NCBI GenBank assembly: GCA_963713825.1 | Contig: CAVQNG010000025.1 | Coordinates: 416,001 to 480,000 of the forward strand | Length of the DNA stretch: 64,000 bases | Direction: 5' to 3' | DNA from: an uncultured Acidobacteriota bacterium | GTDB taxonomy: Bacteria; Acidobacteriota; Thermoanaerobaculia; Multivoradales; JAHEKO01 | In this document: positions 19,498-31,341 of the stretch, in pieces | How the letters are laid out: each line of letters begins with the position of its first letter | Position numbering within the stretch: position 1 is the stretch's first letter | Notes under the pieces: model-generated | The model's database searches: none | What the model was told of the DNA's origin: nothing | Seen by the model: the letters and a program-made list of their open reading frames with translations, nothing else | Made by a program: the position numbers and the translations under genes

Positions 19498-20853
19498 ATG
19501 ACGTCAAAGAGATTGTTGGTTGTGGGTATGGGAATCGCTGGCCTTTTGCTGGCGTCGATCTCGCCGCTGCAGGCCGCGGGCTTCGGCATCTTCGAGCACG
19601 GTACGAAAGCGATGGGCATGTCGAGTGCCTTCACGGCGCAAGCCGACGACCCCTCGGCGATGTTCTTCAACGCGGCTGGCATTGCGTTCCAGCACGAGCG
19701 TGACTTCATGCTCGGTGTCACCTACATCTTCTCGACCGAGGCCGATTTCCAGGGAGCCGCTCCCTTTCCTGGCCCCAATGTCAGCGAGGAGCAGGAGAAG
19801 CTCTCCGAGTTTCCGCCCCACTTCTACTGGGTGGAACCGATCAACGATCGGATGACCTTCGGTCTGGGCATCAACGCGCCGTTCGGCCTGTCGACGGAGT
19901 GGAAGAATACGGATGACTTCACAGGTCGCTACGTCAGCACCTTTGCTGCCCTCCAGGCAATTGACATCAATCCGACATTCGGCTGGATGGCCACCGACAA
20001 CTTCGGCATCGGCGTCGGGCTGATCGGCCGGTTCTCGGAGGTCGAGCTGCAGAACCGGACGTTCTACAACATCGGAGTCAATCCGAATCCGCCGTGCCTG
20101 GATCCCGACGTGAGTCATCCGCTCTGCGGCCCCGAGATCGCCGCTTCGTCGATCAAGGGTGGGTACGACTACGGGTACGGCTTCAACTTGGGGATTCTGC
20201 ACAAATACAACAACAGTTTCTCCTGGGGTCTGTCCTACCGGAGTGGGATCAGCGTAGAGTACGACGGCGACCTGAACCTGACGCAGATCCTCACGGGCAT
20301 TCCGCCGCTCGATGGTTTGCTGGGGGCGGTTCTCCCCTTTGGCCAGACGCTTGGCGGCAAGACCGAGATCGATTTTCCCGACATCGCAAGCCTGGGCTTC
20401 CACTTCATGGCTTCGCCGGCACTGGGCTTCGAGGTCGACATCAACTGGGCGGGTTGGAGCTCCTTTGACACCTTGGTCATTCAGGTCGACAGTCCGACGC
20501 TTCCCGATGGTACGCCAGCCCTCGGCGACATCGTCCGCCCGCAGAACTGGGACGATTCCTACAATTACCGTCTGGGTGTCCACTGGAACAGTAGCGAGAG
20601 CGCCCAATGGCGTTTTGGCTATGTATACGACGAGACACCACAACCGACGGCGGGAGCCAGCCCATTGCTGCCCGACGCGAATCGGAACGGGTTCACGTTT
20701 GGCTACGGACACCAGGGCAATAGCATGAGCTGGGATCTGGCGGTGATGTACCTACCCTTCGATTCGAAGACCGTCGAGGGTGAGTCCGACAACTACTACT
20801 TCGGTGAATACAACCAGACTGCGTGGCTGGTCGGAGTCTCGGTTGGTTTCTAG
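19498..20853 (+). CDS. FadL/OmpP1-family outer-membrane transporter
   Basis: AAGF.I.E.G..A.G...AF.A.ADDPSA.FFN.AG hatch, APFGL, LPD..R, C-terminal Phe; AAGGAGGT SD. Confidence 0.92.
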   Translation: MTSKRLLVVGMGIAGLLLASISPLQAAGFGIFEHGTKAMGMSSAFTAQADDPSAMFFNAAGIAFQHERDFMLGVTYIFSTEADFQGAAPFPGPNVSEEQEKLSEFPPHFYWVEPINDRMTFGLGINAPFGLSTEWKNTDDFTGRYVSTFAALQAIDINPTFGWMATDNFGIGVGLIGRFSEVELQNRTFYNIGVNPNPPCLDPDVSHPLCGPEIAASSIKGGYDYGYGFNLGILHKYNNSFSWGLSYRSGISVEYDGDLNLTQILTGIPPLDGLLGAVLPFGQTLGGKTEIDFPDIASLGFHFMASPALGFEVDINWAGWSSFDTLVIQVDSPTLPDGTPALGDIVRPQNWDDSYNYRLGVHWNSSESAQWRFGYVYDETPQPTAGASPLLPDANRNGFTFGYGHQGNSMSWDLAVMYLPFDSKTVEGESDNYYFGEYNQTAWLVGVSVGF

Positions 20854-20909
20854 ATAGAGAAACCTCGGTCTCGATCGCAGGCTGGTGGTCGCGACCTGGT
20901 CATTCGAGG

Positions 20910-20941
20910 GTGGGCTGGTAGACTCCAGCCCACTTTTTTTT
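20910..20941 (+). terminator. Rho-independent terminator
   Basis: GTGGGCTGG-TAGACT-CCAGCCCAC followed by T8. Confidence 0.85.
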
Positions 20942-20960
20942 GGTTCGGACTGCCTATTTC

Positions 20961-23804
<2,844 letters not shown>

Positions 23805-23872
23805 GCCGTTGTGTCCTTCACGCATTCCGCTGCGGAAGGCAATGGAAACCCTGTAGAATCAGCGCGATAGCG

Positions 23873-25351
23873 ATGAACGAAGCGCGAGCGACTTTCGCTG
23901 AAAAGCGGCGCATCCTGCAGCTGGAGACCCTCTACGATCTGGCTGTGGCGCTGCACGCGCACCGGCCGGAGCAGGAGCTGGTGGACGAGTTACTGGAGAG
24001 GGTCTGCGCGGTTCTGGACCCCGAGGCGGCGGTGGCTGTAACCCGAGACGAGTACGGTGCGGGTCGCGCCGCGGCGAGTGTCGGTTGGCCCGCCGCTCCA
24101 CCCGAAGCCTCGACGCTGCTTTCTGCGCCTCTCTGGCGGGAGCTCTTGGCAAGCGGGCAGTCGCTGTCACAGCGCGATGGAGAGTTGGTGGCGAGGGACT
24201 ATCACGAGATTCTCGCGACTCCCCTGGTGAATCGAGGGGTCTATCTGGGCTATCTAGCTGTTCTCGACAAGGAACAGCGGGGCGGTGAGCGGGTCGGGTT
24301 CGCCGGTGAGGACCGGCGTTTTCTGGAGTCGGTCGCGGCGCTGGCTGGCGTCGCCCTGGACAGTGCTCGTCAGGTTGCGGATCTGGAGGTCCAGCGGGAG
24401 CGCCTGCAGGAGGAGAACAAGGCGCTGCGAGATCATCTGGCCGATCAGGTGGCGGGTCACAGGATCGTGGCCCATGCACCCCCGATGCGGCGGGTGCTGG
24501 AGCTCGTCGAAAGGGTGGCACCCCGAGGCGTCAGCGTTGTCGTTCGAGGCGAGAGCGGTACCGGCAAGGAGCTCATCGCCAAGCTGCTGCATTTCCACTC
24601 GGCTCGCAGTGGCGCCTTGGTGGCAGTCAACTGCGGAGCGCTGCCCGAGTCTCTCCTCGAAAGTGAGTTGTTCGGTATCGAAGGAGGGGTTGCAACTGGA
24701 GTCGATGCGCGTCGGGGAAAGTTCGAGCTGGCGGATGGTGGCACGCTCTTTTTGGACGAGATCGGAGACATGCAACCAGCGCTTCAAGTCAAGCTGCTGA
24801 GAGCACTCCAGGAGCGTGAGATCGTTAGAGTCGGCGGTCACCAGGCGACTCCCGTCGATGTGCGCCTGATCGCTGCGACCCACCAGGACCTCGAGAGTCT
24901 GGTGGCGGAGAAGCGCTTTCGCGAGGACCTCTACTATCGACTGAAAGGGGTCGAGATTCAGCTTCCTCCCCTGCGAGAGCGCCGTCAGGACATACCGCAT
25001 CTGGTTCGATATTTCGCCGAAGGATTCTGCCAGCGCGAAGAGATCGAGCTGCCTCGATTTCCGGCCGAGACTCTGGCCGAGCTGATGAGCTACCAGTTCC
25101 CAGGCAATGTTCGAGAGTTGCAGAATCTCGTCGAGGCGGCGGTTTCCCTGGCCGAGGGAGTCATCGAGCCGCAACTGGTGCGATCGCTGATGGGTGAGGT
25201 CGGCGGCGCTGATGGACCCGAACCGCTCGACCTGTCGACAGCGGAGCGATTGCACATCTCGAGGGTGCTTCGCCTGGTCGGAGGCAACAAGAGTCGGGCC
25301 GCAACACTCCTCGGCATCGATCGACGAACACTGCAAAGGAAGGGCTACTGA
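23873..25351 (+). CDS. GAF-domain sigma54-dependent transcriptional activator (AAA+, Fis-type HTH)
   Basis: GESGTGKEL, ESELFG, GGTLFLDEIG, FREDLYYRL, FPGNVREL, GGNKSRAA.LLGI.R.TL; the GAFTGA loop reads GVATGV. Confidence 0.92.
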   Translation: MNEARATFAEKRRILQLETLYDLAVALHAHRPEQELVDELLERVCAVLDPEAAVAVTRDEYGAGRAAASVGWPAAPPEASTLLSAPLWRELLASGQSLSQRDGELVARDYHEILATPLVNRGVYLGYLAVLDKEQRGGERVGFAGEDRRFLESVAALAGVALDSARQVADLEVQRERLQEENKALRDHLADQVAGHRIVAHAPPMRRVLELVERVAPRGVSVVVRGESGTGKELIAKLLHFHSARSGALVAVNCGALPESLLESELFGIEGGVATGVDARRGKFELADGGTLFLDEIGDMQPALQVKLLRALQEREIVRVGGHQATPVDVRLIAATHQDLESLVAEKRFREDLYYRLKGVEIQLPPLRERRQDIPHLVRYFAEGFCQREEIELPRFPAETLAELMSYQFPGNVRELQNLVEAAVSLAEGVIEPQLVRSLMGEVGGADGPEPLDLSTAERLHISRVLRLVGGNKSRAATLLGIDRRTLQRKGY

Positions 25352-25359
25352 AGTACGGA

Positions 25360-25501
25360 TGCGGCATAATAGCCCACGCGAGGCAAAATGTCTCAATCGA
25401 AGATGAAAGCAACACCTCTTGCGGTTTCTTCGTGATGAGCATTGAGCAATCCGAGGATGCTTGCGGCATAATGCCGCACTCGCGATGCGCATGATGCCGC
25501 G
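25360..25501. promoter_or_regulatory. Putative upstream activator sites (two pairs, GGCA-N3-TGCC core)
   Basis: Palindrome TGCGGCATAATGCCGCA at 25462-25478; variants at 25360, 25379 (GAGGCAAAATGTCTC) and 25485. Confidence 0.6.
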
Positions 25502-25575
25502 TCATGGATCGAAGCTTCCATGCAAAAGACTGTAAACAGGAGACTTATGGGACTGGTGGTGGTCAATGCCGCAGT

Positions 25576-25591
25576 TGGCAGCGAGTTTGCT
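25576..25591 (+). promoter_or_regulatory. Sigma54 (-24/-12) promoter
   Basis: TGGCAGCGAGTTTGCT = GG-N10-GC with a TTGC -12 box, about 100 bp downstream of the perfect palindrome. Confidence 0.7.
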
Positions 25592-25622
25592 GGTTCAGAT
25601 GTGCGAACCAGGGAGATCACCG

Positions 25623-25778
25623 ATGCTGCAATCGATTCGAAGGGCACTACCCCTACCGCAAGTTCCAGTCCACGCAGTCGTTTGTGGCACCTCGGTGTTG
25701 GCTTTCGGCTGGCTCCTGGCAAACGACAGTATCAAGCCCATTGCAGTCTATTTGCTCCAAATCTACCTGGCCTTTTGA
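25623..25778 (+). CDS. 51-aa small hydrophobic protein
   Basis: GGGAG SD then MLQSIRRALPLPQVPVHAVVCGTSVLAFGWLLANDSIKPIAVYLLQIYLAF; first ORF after the sigma54 promoter. Confidence 0.6.
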   Translation: MLQSIRRALPLPQVPVHAVVCGTSVLAFGWLLANDSIKPIAVYLLQIYLAF

Positions 25779-25819
25779 ATCGGGCCTGGGAGGTAACATG
25801 ATGGAGCTCGGATGGAGGT

Positions 25820-26254
25820 ATGGCCAGTAGCGCCGTTCTAAGGGAGGTCACTCTGACCCTCCCTATGCTGCCGGACATGGAGATTGCGGCCAGCAAGACC
25901 GCAACTGCCTTGGCGGAGTTCATGGAGATGAGCTCCGATAAGATAGACGAAGTCCGGATGGCGGTGGTGGAAGCCTGCATCAACAGTTTCGAGCACAGCC
26001 AGGCGGATGATCGAAAGGTCGAGATCCAGTTCGCCGTGCTAGGGAACGACGAGCCGGAAAGGCTCCAGATTACGATCCGTGACTCCGGTGTCGGTTTCAC
26101 TCCGGAGAGTCTGGTGAAGCCGAGAATCGAGGATAAGCTCAAGGCTGCGAGCAAGCGAGGATGGGGACTAACGATCATCAAGGGACTGATGGACGAGGTC
26201 GACATTCACTCTGGCCCTCGTGGAACGACCGTTGTGATGAGTAAGCTGCGCTGA
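25820..26254 (+). CDS. RsbW/SpoIIAB-type anti-sigma-factor serine kinase
   Basis: AV.EACIN.FEH N-box, IRDSGVGF, RGWGL.IIKGLMDEV. Confidence 0.92.
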   Translation: MASSAVLREVTLTLPMLPDMEIAASKTATALAEFMEMSSDKIDEVRMAVVEACINSFEHSQADDRKVEIQFAVLGNDEPERLQITIRDSGVGFTPESLVKPRIEDKLKAASKRGWGLTIIKGLMDEVDIHSGPRGTTVVMSKLR

Positions 26255-26271
26255 TCTCGGGGAGTGATGAC

Positions 26272-26622
26272 ATGACCGAAATGTTGAAAGTGACCGTCGA
26301 CCGTCGGCATCCGATGGCGGTGATCTATACCGAGGGTTACATCAACAACCAGGGGGGAGAGGAGATCGCCCGCGTGGCGTACGACCTGATCGACGAGGAC
26401 CACAAGGTGCTGTTGCTCAACCTCCAAGGAACCAAGATCGTCAACTCGATCGGCATCTCCATCCTGATCGAGATCATCGAGAAGATGCTGGAGATCGATG
26501 GCAAGCTCGCCTTCTGCAATCTCACGCCGACGATCGAAAAGACTTTTCACATCATGGGGCTAGCCCAGTACGCCAAGATCTTTCCCGACGAGGGAGTAGC
26601 GCTCGGCGAGCTGGCCGGCTAA
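26272..26622 (+). CDS. STAS-domain anti-anti-sigma factor (RsbV/SpoIIAA-like)
   Basis: IVNSIGISIL phospho-acceptor region; F.IMGL; 116 aa. Confidence 0.9.
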   Translation: MTEMLKVTVDRRHPMAVIYTEGYINNQGGEEIARVAYDLIDEDHKVLLLNLQGTKIVNSIGISILIEIIEKMLEIDGKLAFCNLTPTIEKTFHIMGLAQYAKIFPDEGVALGELAG

Positions 26623-26629
26623 GGAGAAG

Positions 26630-28216
26630 ATGAGCCCTCCTTCTGCCCCACTTGCACGAAAGTTGAGCTGGGAGGATGTCCTTGGCGCTGCTGAGCGGCG
26701 TGAAGGGGAGCGTGCCTATCTGGTGCGCCTGCTGCAGATGCTTTGCCAGACTCAGGGCTTCAAGGCGGCAGCGCTCTATTCTCAGAGCAGCGAGTGCTTC
26801 GATCGCCAGGTGGTCTGGGGCTCGGAGGCCTTCCCGGCTTCGATCGAAGGGGGCGGCTCGGCTGGCTTCGAGAGCCTCGAGCTGCCGGAGGGTCGCCTTC
26901 TCTTCGCTCCTGCTGAGGGTGATTGGCGACGTCCAAAGGGACCGGTCGTGCTCGCCCTGGCGTCGGGACTCCGCGCGGCTGTCCTGAGACAACGGCTCAA
27001 GGAGCAGAGCTTCGCCGTCAACTATCGAGGCGTCGAGCTCGAGTCCCTCTACGATGTCGGTTTGGCGATTGCGTCGATGCTCAACCTCGAGCAGCTCGGC
27101 GAAGAGATCCTGTTGCGAGCCGTATCGCTGCTGGATGCCCGGCGGGGTGCCCTGTACCTGCGGAGTGCCGGACGACTGGTGCTCGATCACACCCTCGGCG
27201 GTGATGCCAGGCCCGAACTGCCTCTGGATGATCCTCAAGTGGCTGAGGTCCTGGGACCGGGTCTTGGCAAAGACCAGGACTTGCTGCCTGGTGCCCGATA
27301 TCTGATGGCAGTGCCGGTCGGCGCTGAGCCGAACTCGCGGGGCATTCTGCTCGTCGCCGACAAGGAGAGCCGCAGCGGTGTAGGACCGTTTCCAGACCCT
27401 GATCGGCGGACGCTCGCGCTGTTCGCCAACCAGGCCGCTACCGCGCTCGAGACTGCCTACCTGCATCGCCAGGCGTTGGAGAAGGAACGGCTCGAGAGAG
27501 AGATCGAGCTGGCCGCCGACATCCAGCGCCGTCTTCTCCCGACCACGTTTCCTGTCGTCGAGAATTTCGACCTGGCGGGCTGGAGCAGGCCTGCCCGCCA
27601 CGTGGGCGGTGACTTCTACGATCTGATGCGCACGAGGGAGGGGCGGATCGGAGCGGTTCTGGCTGACGTTTCGGGCAAGGGCCTACCGGCAGCTCTCATG
27701 GTCTCCACGATTCACTCCGCCCTGCGACTGCTGGTCGAGCAGGAAGAAATCGGACCCGAGCTCGTGCGACTTCTGAATCGCCATATTTCTGCTTCCACGG
27801 CGCCCAATAAATTCATTACTCTGCTGCTGGCAGAGCTCGATCCTGCCTCGAGCGAGGTGCGCTTTGTCAACGCGGGCCACAACCCGGGCGTTGTGATCCG
27901 CAGCGATGGCGACGTCAGAGAAATGGGCTCCGGCGGCTTGCCGCTAGGTCTGTTCGCAGAGAGCTCCTACGAGGCCGGCCGACTGCATCTCGAGGCTGGC
28001 GATCTGCTGTGTATCTACAGTGATGGACTTACCGAATGCGAATCACCAACCGATGAGGAGTTCGGTCTTCCGCGACTGGTCGATCTTCTCCGCTCCACGA
28101 CCGATCGATCTCTGTCAGAGGTCATTCGGACCGTTGACTCCGCAGTGACAGACTTTGCCCAAGGGCTCAACCAGGGCGACGACCAGACGCTGGTTCTGAT
28201 CCGTCGCACGGCGTGA
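26630..28216 (+). CDS. GAF + PP2C/SpoIIE phosphatase (RsbU-like)
   Basis: IQRRLLP, VGGDFYD, ADVSGKGLPAAL, NAGHNP, YSDGLTE, DDQTL. Confidence 0.93.
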   Translation: MSPPSAPLARKLSWEDVLGAAERREGERAYLVRLLQMLCQTQGFKAAALYSQSSECFDRQVVWGSEAFPASIEGGGSAGFESLELPEGRLLFAPAEGDWRRPKGPVVLALASGLRAAVLRQRLKEQSFAVNYRGVELESLYDVGLAIASMLNLEQLGEEILLRAVSLLDARRGALYLRSAGRLVLDHTLGGDARPELPLDDPQVAEVLGPGLGKDQDLLPGARYLMAVPVGAEPNSRGILLVADKESRSGVGPFPDPDRRTLALFANQAATALETAYLHRQALEKERLEREIELAADIQRRLLPTTFPVVENFDLAGWSRPARHVGGDFYDLMRTREGRIGAVLADVSGKGLPAALMVSTIHSALRLLVEQEEIGPELVRLLNRHISASTAPNKFITLLLAELDPASSEVRFVNAGHNPGVVIRSDGDVREMGSGGLPLGLFAESSYEAGRLHLEAGDLLCIYSDGLTECESPTDEEFGLPRLVDLLRSTTDRSLSEVIRTVDSAVTDFAQGLNQGDDQTLVLIRRTA

Positions 28217-28268
28217 GCCTGGCTCCAACAGCCGATCTCGTTCCAGGTAGTCCTCAGTCTCTTGTTTG

Positions 28269-29624
28269 TCAAAGCTCCTCGAGCAGGGGCCGAAAGCTCG
28301 AAGTGTCGGCGATCGCCAGCGCCGGAGTCGAAATCCCACCGATGACCCCGTCATGGCTGAGTCTGACCACGGACTCGGACCCGACTCCCAGGAGATTCGA
28401 GAAGGCGCGCAGAAGGCTGTCCTCCCAGATCAGGTCGGGCAGTCCTTCCGCGAGTCTTCCTTCGCTGATGCGCCTCACTCCCCGAGCGTGGGCGCGAATC
28501 TGGACTCGCGACGGCTCGAAGCACTCCACCTGGTCCAACCAACCGATCCACAGGCCACCATCGGCGGCCCTTAGCAGCTCTTCCTCCGATTGGTCTCCGG
28601 GTACCAGATAGAGGTTCATGGCTCGGGCGTCGTTGCCGCCGATCGCATGGGCCGTCGCTTCGAGGCCCAACTGAGCCGCCTGACGTTGATCCAGGGCCGG
28701 CGTCTTCGGCGCTCCTTTCAAAATCAGATCGACCGGTCGCTTGGCGGTTCCTTCCAGATCGAAGGGGAAGGGCAAGCCAGCTGGGTCGGTAGCGTCATCG
28801 CGCAGATTGATGGCTCTATCGAAGACCTGGACGTCGAGATGCTGACGCAGAAAGGAGCTGCCCTGGTAGTAGGAGATGGCGGAGAAGGCCACCCGATTGA
28901 GGATGTCGCACAGCCCAGCCGTGGCCTCCGCGGAGAGCACCACGGGGAGGGGGCCTGAGGCGAGATCGGCTTCGGGTCCGGAGGCATGGCGCTGTTTGGC
29001 CCGGTCGAACACGCCAGCGATCCCGAGACCCTCGAGACTGCGAGCAGCCGACGCTGCCCTGCCGCCGCCCGGTCTTCGACCGATCCTGGCCTCGATGCCA
29101 GAGGCAGTTACTGCGGCTTGCCGACGTACTCCCCGAGTGTTGAAGACGGCAATGCGGGCGGCAGTCCATTCGAGGTCCAGGATGCCCCGCTGCCGGGCCC
29201 AGGGCTCTAGAAGCCGCTCGGCGCGCTGCGCATTCAGCTGCGCGATCTGGGGATCCCAGAGTCCACCGATCTCTGGCAAGGGTGTCTCATCAGCCGGCAC
29301 ATGGAGAAGCCCCGGCAGCGGCTCTCGGCTCCGAGATTGTGCGATGGCGAGTCGGATGCTGTTCTCCAGCTCACCAATCTCGCCGAACCCGGTGCGATGA
29401 CTGCCGACCCTGCGGCGGTCGATGACACGGACCATGATCGTGCGTTCGTGGTTGAGCCGCCCTTCGATCTGGCGATTGCGTTTTCGACTCTTGCCGCGGC
29501 GTTTCTCCAGCCAGACGATCTCGGTTTCGTCAGCCGGGGAGTTGAGCAGCACAGTTTCGATGCGATCGGAGATCGTTTCGAGGCTCAAGAACTCGGACTC
29601 AAGGGTGGAATTGCGAATGGCCAC
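28269..29624 (-). CDS. TldE/PmbA-like metalloprotease-family protein
   Basis: YQG.SFL, PFDLEGT, TAHA, NL...PG and P.L.I motifs; no HExxGH. Confidence 0.8.
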   Translation of the reverse strand: MAIRNSTLESEFLSLETISDRIETVLLNSPADETEIVWLEKRRGKSRKRNRQIEGRLNHERTIMVRVIDRRRVGSHRTGFGEIGELENSIRLAIAQSRSREPLPGLLHVPADETPLPEIGGLWDPQIAQLNAQRAERLLEPWARQRGILDLEWTAARIAVFNTRGVRRQAAVTASGIEARIGRRPGGGRAASAARSLEGLGIAGVFDRAKQRHASGPEADLASGPLPVVLSAEATAGLCDILNRVAFSAISYYQGSSFLRQHLDVQVFDRAINLRDDATDPAGLPFPFDLEGTAKRPVDLILKGAPKTPALDQRQAAQLGLEATAHAIGGNDARAMNLYLVPGDQSEEELLRAADGGLWIGWLDQVECFEPSRVQIRAHARGVRRISEGRLAEGLPDLIWEDSLLRAFSNLLGVGSESVVRLSHDGVIGGISTPALAIADTSSFRPLLEEL

Positions 29625-29645
29625 AGTTCTCCACTAGGAATCGGG

Positions 29646-30977
29646 TTAGAAGGTCGTTTCTTGGCTCTGAGAAGGCCCTGGTAGGGGACTGGCCAGCGTC
29701 GTCTGAGCTCGGTCTGCCGTTCGACACAGGACTCCTCGGAGGCCCGGCTCCAGCAACCTCTCCCGCCGCAGTTGATTGGCCAGCGGTGCCGAGCTTTTCT
29801 TCAAGACGCGAATGTAGTTGTCGGTCGTGCCTTGCCATACTCCCTCTCGACAGGCTTCCCAGAGGACCTCGATGTCGGAATCGAGATGTTGTTTCTCGAA
29901 CTCTCTGGCGCTTTCCCCGGCGATCTCCATCAACCGTTTCATTCTCTGACGCTTGACGGCGTGAGGCACCTGATCCGGTAGCTCGGCCGCTTCGGTGCCT
30001 GGGCGTGCTGAATACGGGAAGGCGTGAATCCTGGCGAACTTCATCCCTTCGATGCATCGAAGGCTTGCCTCGAATTCCTCGTCGGTCTCGCCGGGGAAGC
30101 CGACGATCACGTCAGTCGTCACGGCGATCCCGGGGACCTCTCTCTTGACCTCCCGCACGAGACCCTCGAAATCGGCAGCGTTGTACGGCCGCCGCATGCG
30201 CTCGAGGGTCGATGTGCAGCCGCTCTGCAGAGAGAAGTGGAGGTGTCGGCAGAGGCGAGGGGCCCTGAGTAGGTCGAGGAGCCGCCTGTCGAACTGCCAG
30301 GGTGCGATCGAAGTCAGTCGAAGGCGACTTCGATCCGAAGTCAGAAGCAGTTGCTCGACCAGATCGAACAGGCGTAGGTGTCCCCAGCGATACGAGGAGA
30401 TCTGGACGCCGGTGATGACAATTTCGCCAAAACCACCAGCGCTCAAGTCCTCGACATCCTGCACGATGTCATCGAAGGGACGGCTGCGCTGCTTGCCGCG
30501 GGTCTGCGGAATGATGCAGAAGGCACAGCGCATGCCGCAGCCATCTTCGATCTTGACGAGGGTCCGGCTGTTGCCGAACTCGATGGGCACGAAAGGTAAA
30601 GGCAGCTCAGTGGGCTCGGTCAGGGAAGGCGCAAGATCGGGGAACGTGTCGCGGACGCGTTCCAGCAGTGATTCTTTGTCGCGATTGGCCACAACCAGAT
30701 CGACTCCAGCCAGGGAAGCCGCTTCTTGTGGGTCCGCTTCCACGTAACAGCCGGTCAGGACCGTCTTCAAGGTCGGGTTGACCCGACGGCCGCGCCGCGC
30801 TGTCTTGCGGGAGTCCCGCGCCGCCATGTGGGTAACGGTACAGGTGTTGACAACGTGCAGGTCGGCCTCGGTGAGCTCGCCGGCAATCGAGTAGCCTGCA
30901 GCGCGAAAGCGACGCGCCAAGTGCTCGAGCTCGGCCTGATTGAGCTTGCATCCCAGGTTGCTGAAGAAGACCCTCAT
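29646..30977 (-). CDS. mtaB: tRNA t6A methylthiotransferase (MtaB-like radical SAM)
   Basis: LGCKLNQAE, NTCTVT, TGCY, KIEDGC...CAFCIIP..RG, DVIVGFPGET, FPYS.RPGT, C-terminal TDNY. Confidence 0.88.
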   Translation of the reverse strand: MRVFFSNLGCKLNQAELEHLARRFRAAGYSIAGELTEADLHVVNTCTVTHMAARDSRKTARRGRRVNPTLKTVLTGCYVEADPQEAASLAGVDLVVANRDKESLLERVRDTFPDLAPSLTEPTELPLPFVPIEFGNSRTLVKIEDGCGMRCAFCIIPQTRGKQRSRPFDDIVQDVEDLSAGGFGEIVITGVQISSYRWGHLRLFDLVEQLLLTSDRSRLRLTSIAPWQFDRRLLDLLRAPRLCRHLHFSLQSGCTSTLERMRRPYNAADFEGLVREVKREVPGIAVTTDVIVGFPGETDEEFEASLRCIEGMKFARIHAFPYSARPGTEAAELPDQVPHAVKRQRMKRLMEIAGESAREFEKQHLDSDIEVLWEACREGVWQGTTDNYIRVLKKSSAPLANQLRRERLLEPGLRGVLCRTADRAQTTLASPLPGPSQSQETTF

Positions 30978-31341
30978 CGGCCGCCTATTGTACAGAGTCG
31001 CCAGAGCTCGAGCTTCAAGGTCTGCGGCTGGCTCGGCAATTGCACGTCCGAGGAAGCAGCATGATTTGCCGCAGCCAGGAATCTAGAATTCAGGCTGCGG
31101 CGCGACGATTGAGGAGTGCAGCGCGCATGGCCACTCAGCATGACGTCACCGAACGTGGACACCATCGACCTCGACCTGGGCGCATGCGGCCCCGGAGTAC
31201 CGGTCGAATCAGCGGGCTCAAGAGGCGGTGTGGGCAACCTTCCTCGGGGTATCATGAGAGTTCCTGCCTGGCAGCGGTCTGGCGGGCTGCCAATCGGGTT
31301 TCAGGCAATGTCGGAGGGTGGATGAGGTTGGAGGTCTTACA

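Noticed and set aside
20940-20960. LexA/SOS box upstream of uvrA
   Set aside because: Only a single GTTC; no GTTC-N7-GTTC, CTGT-N8-ACAG or GAAC-N4-GTTC pattern.
25520-25801. Alternative 93-108 aa ORFs upstream of rsbW
   Set aside because: They start upstream of and overlap the sigma54 promoter; the 51-aa ORF fits the promoter and SD better.
30993-31340. Short ORFs in the mtaB/pcm divergent gap
   Set aside because: Several overlapping 69-101 aa frames, none with protein-like composition or motifs; no call can be supported.
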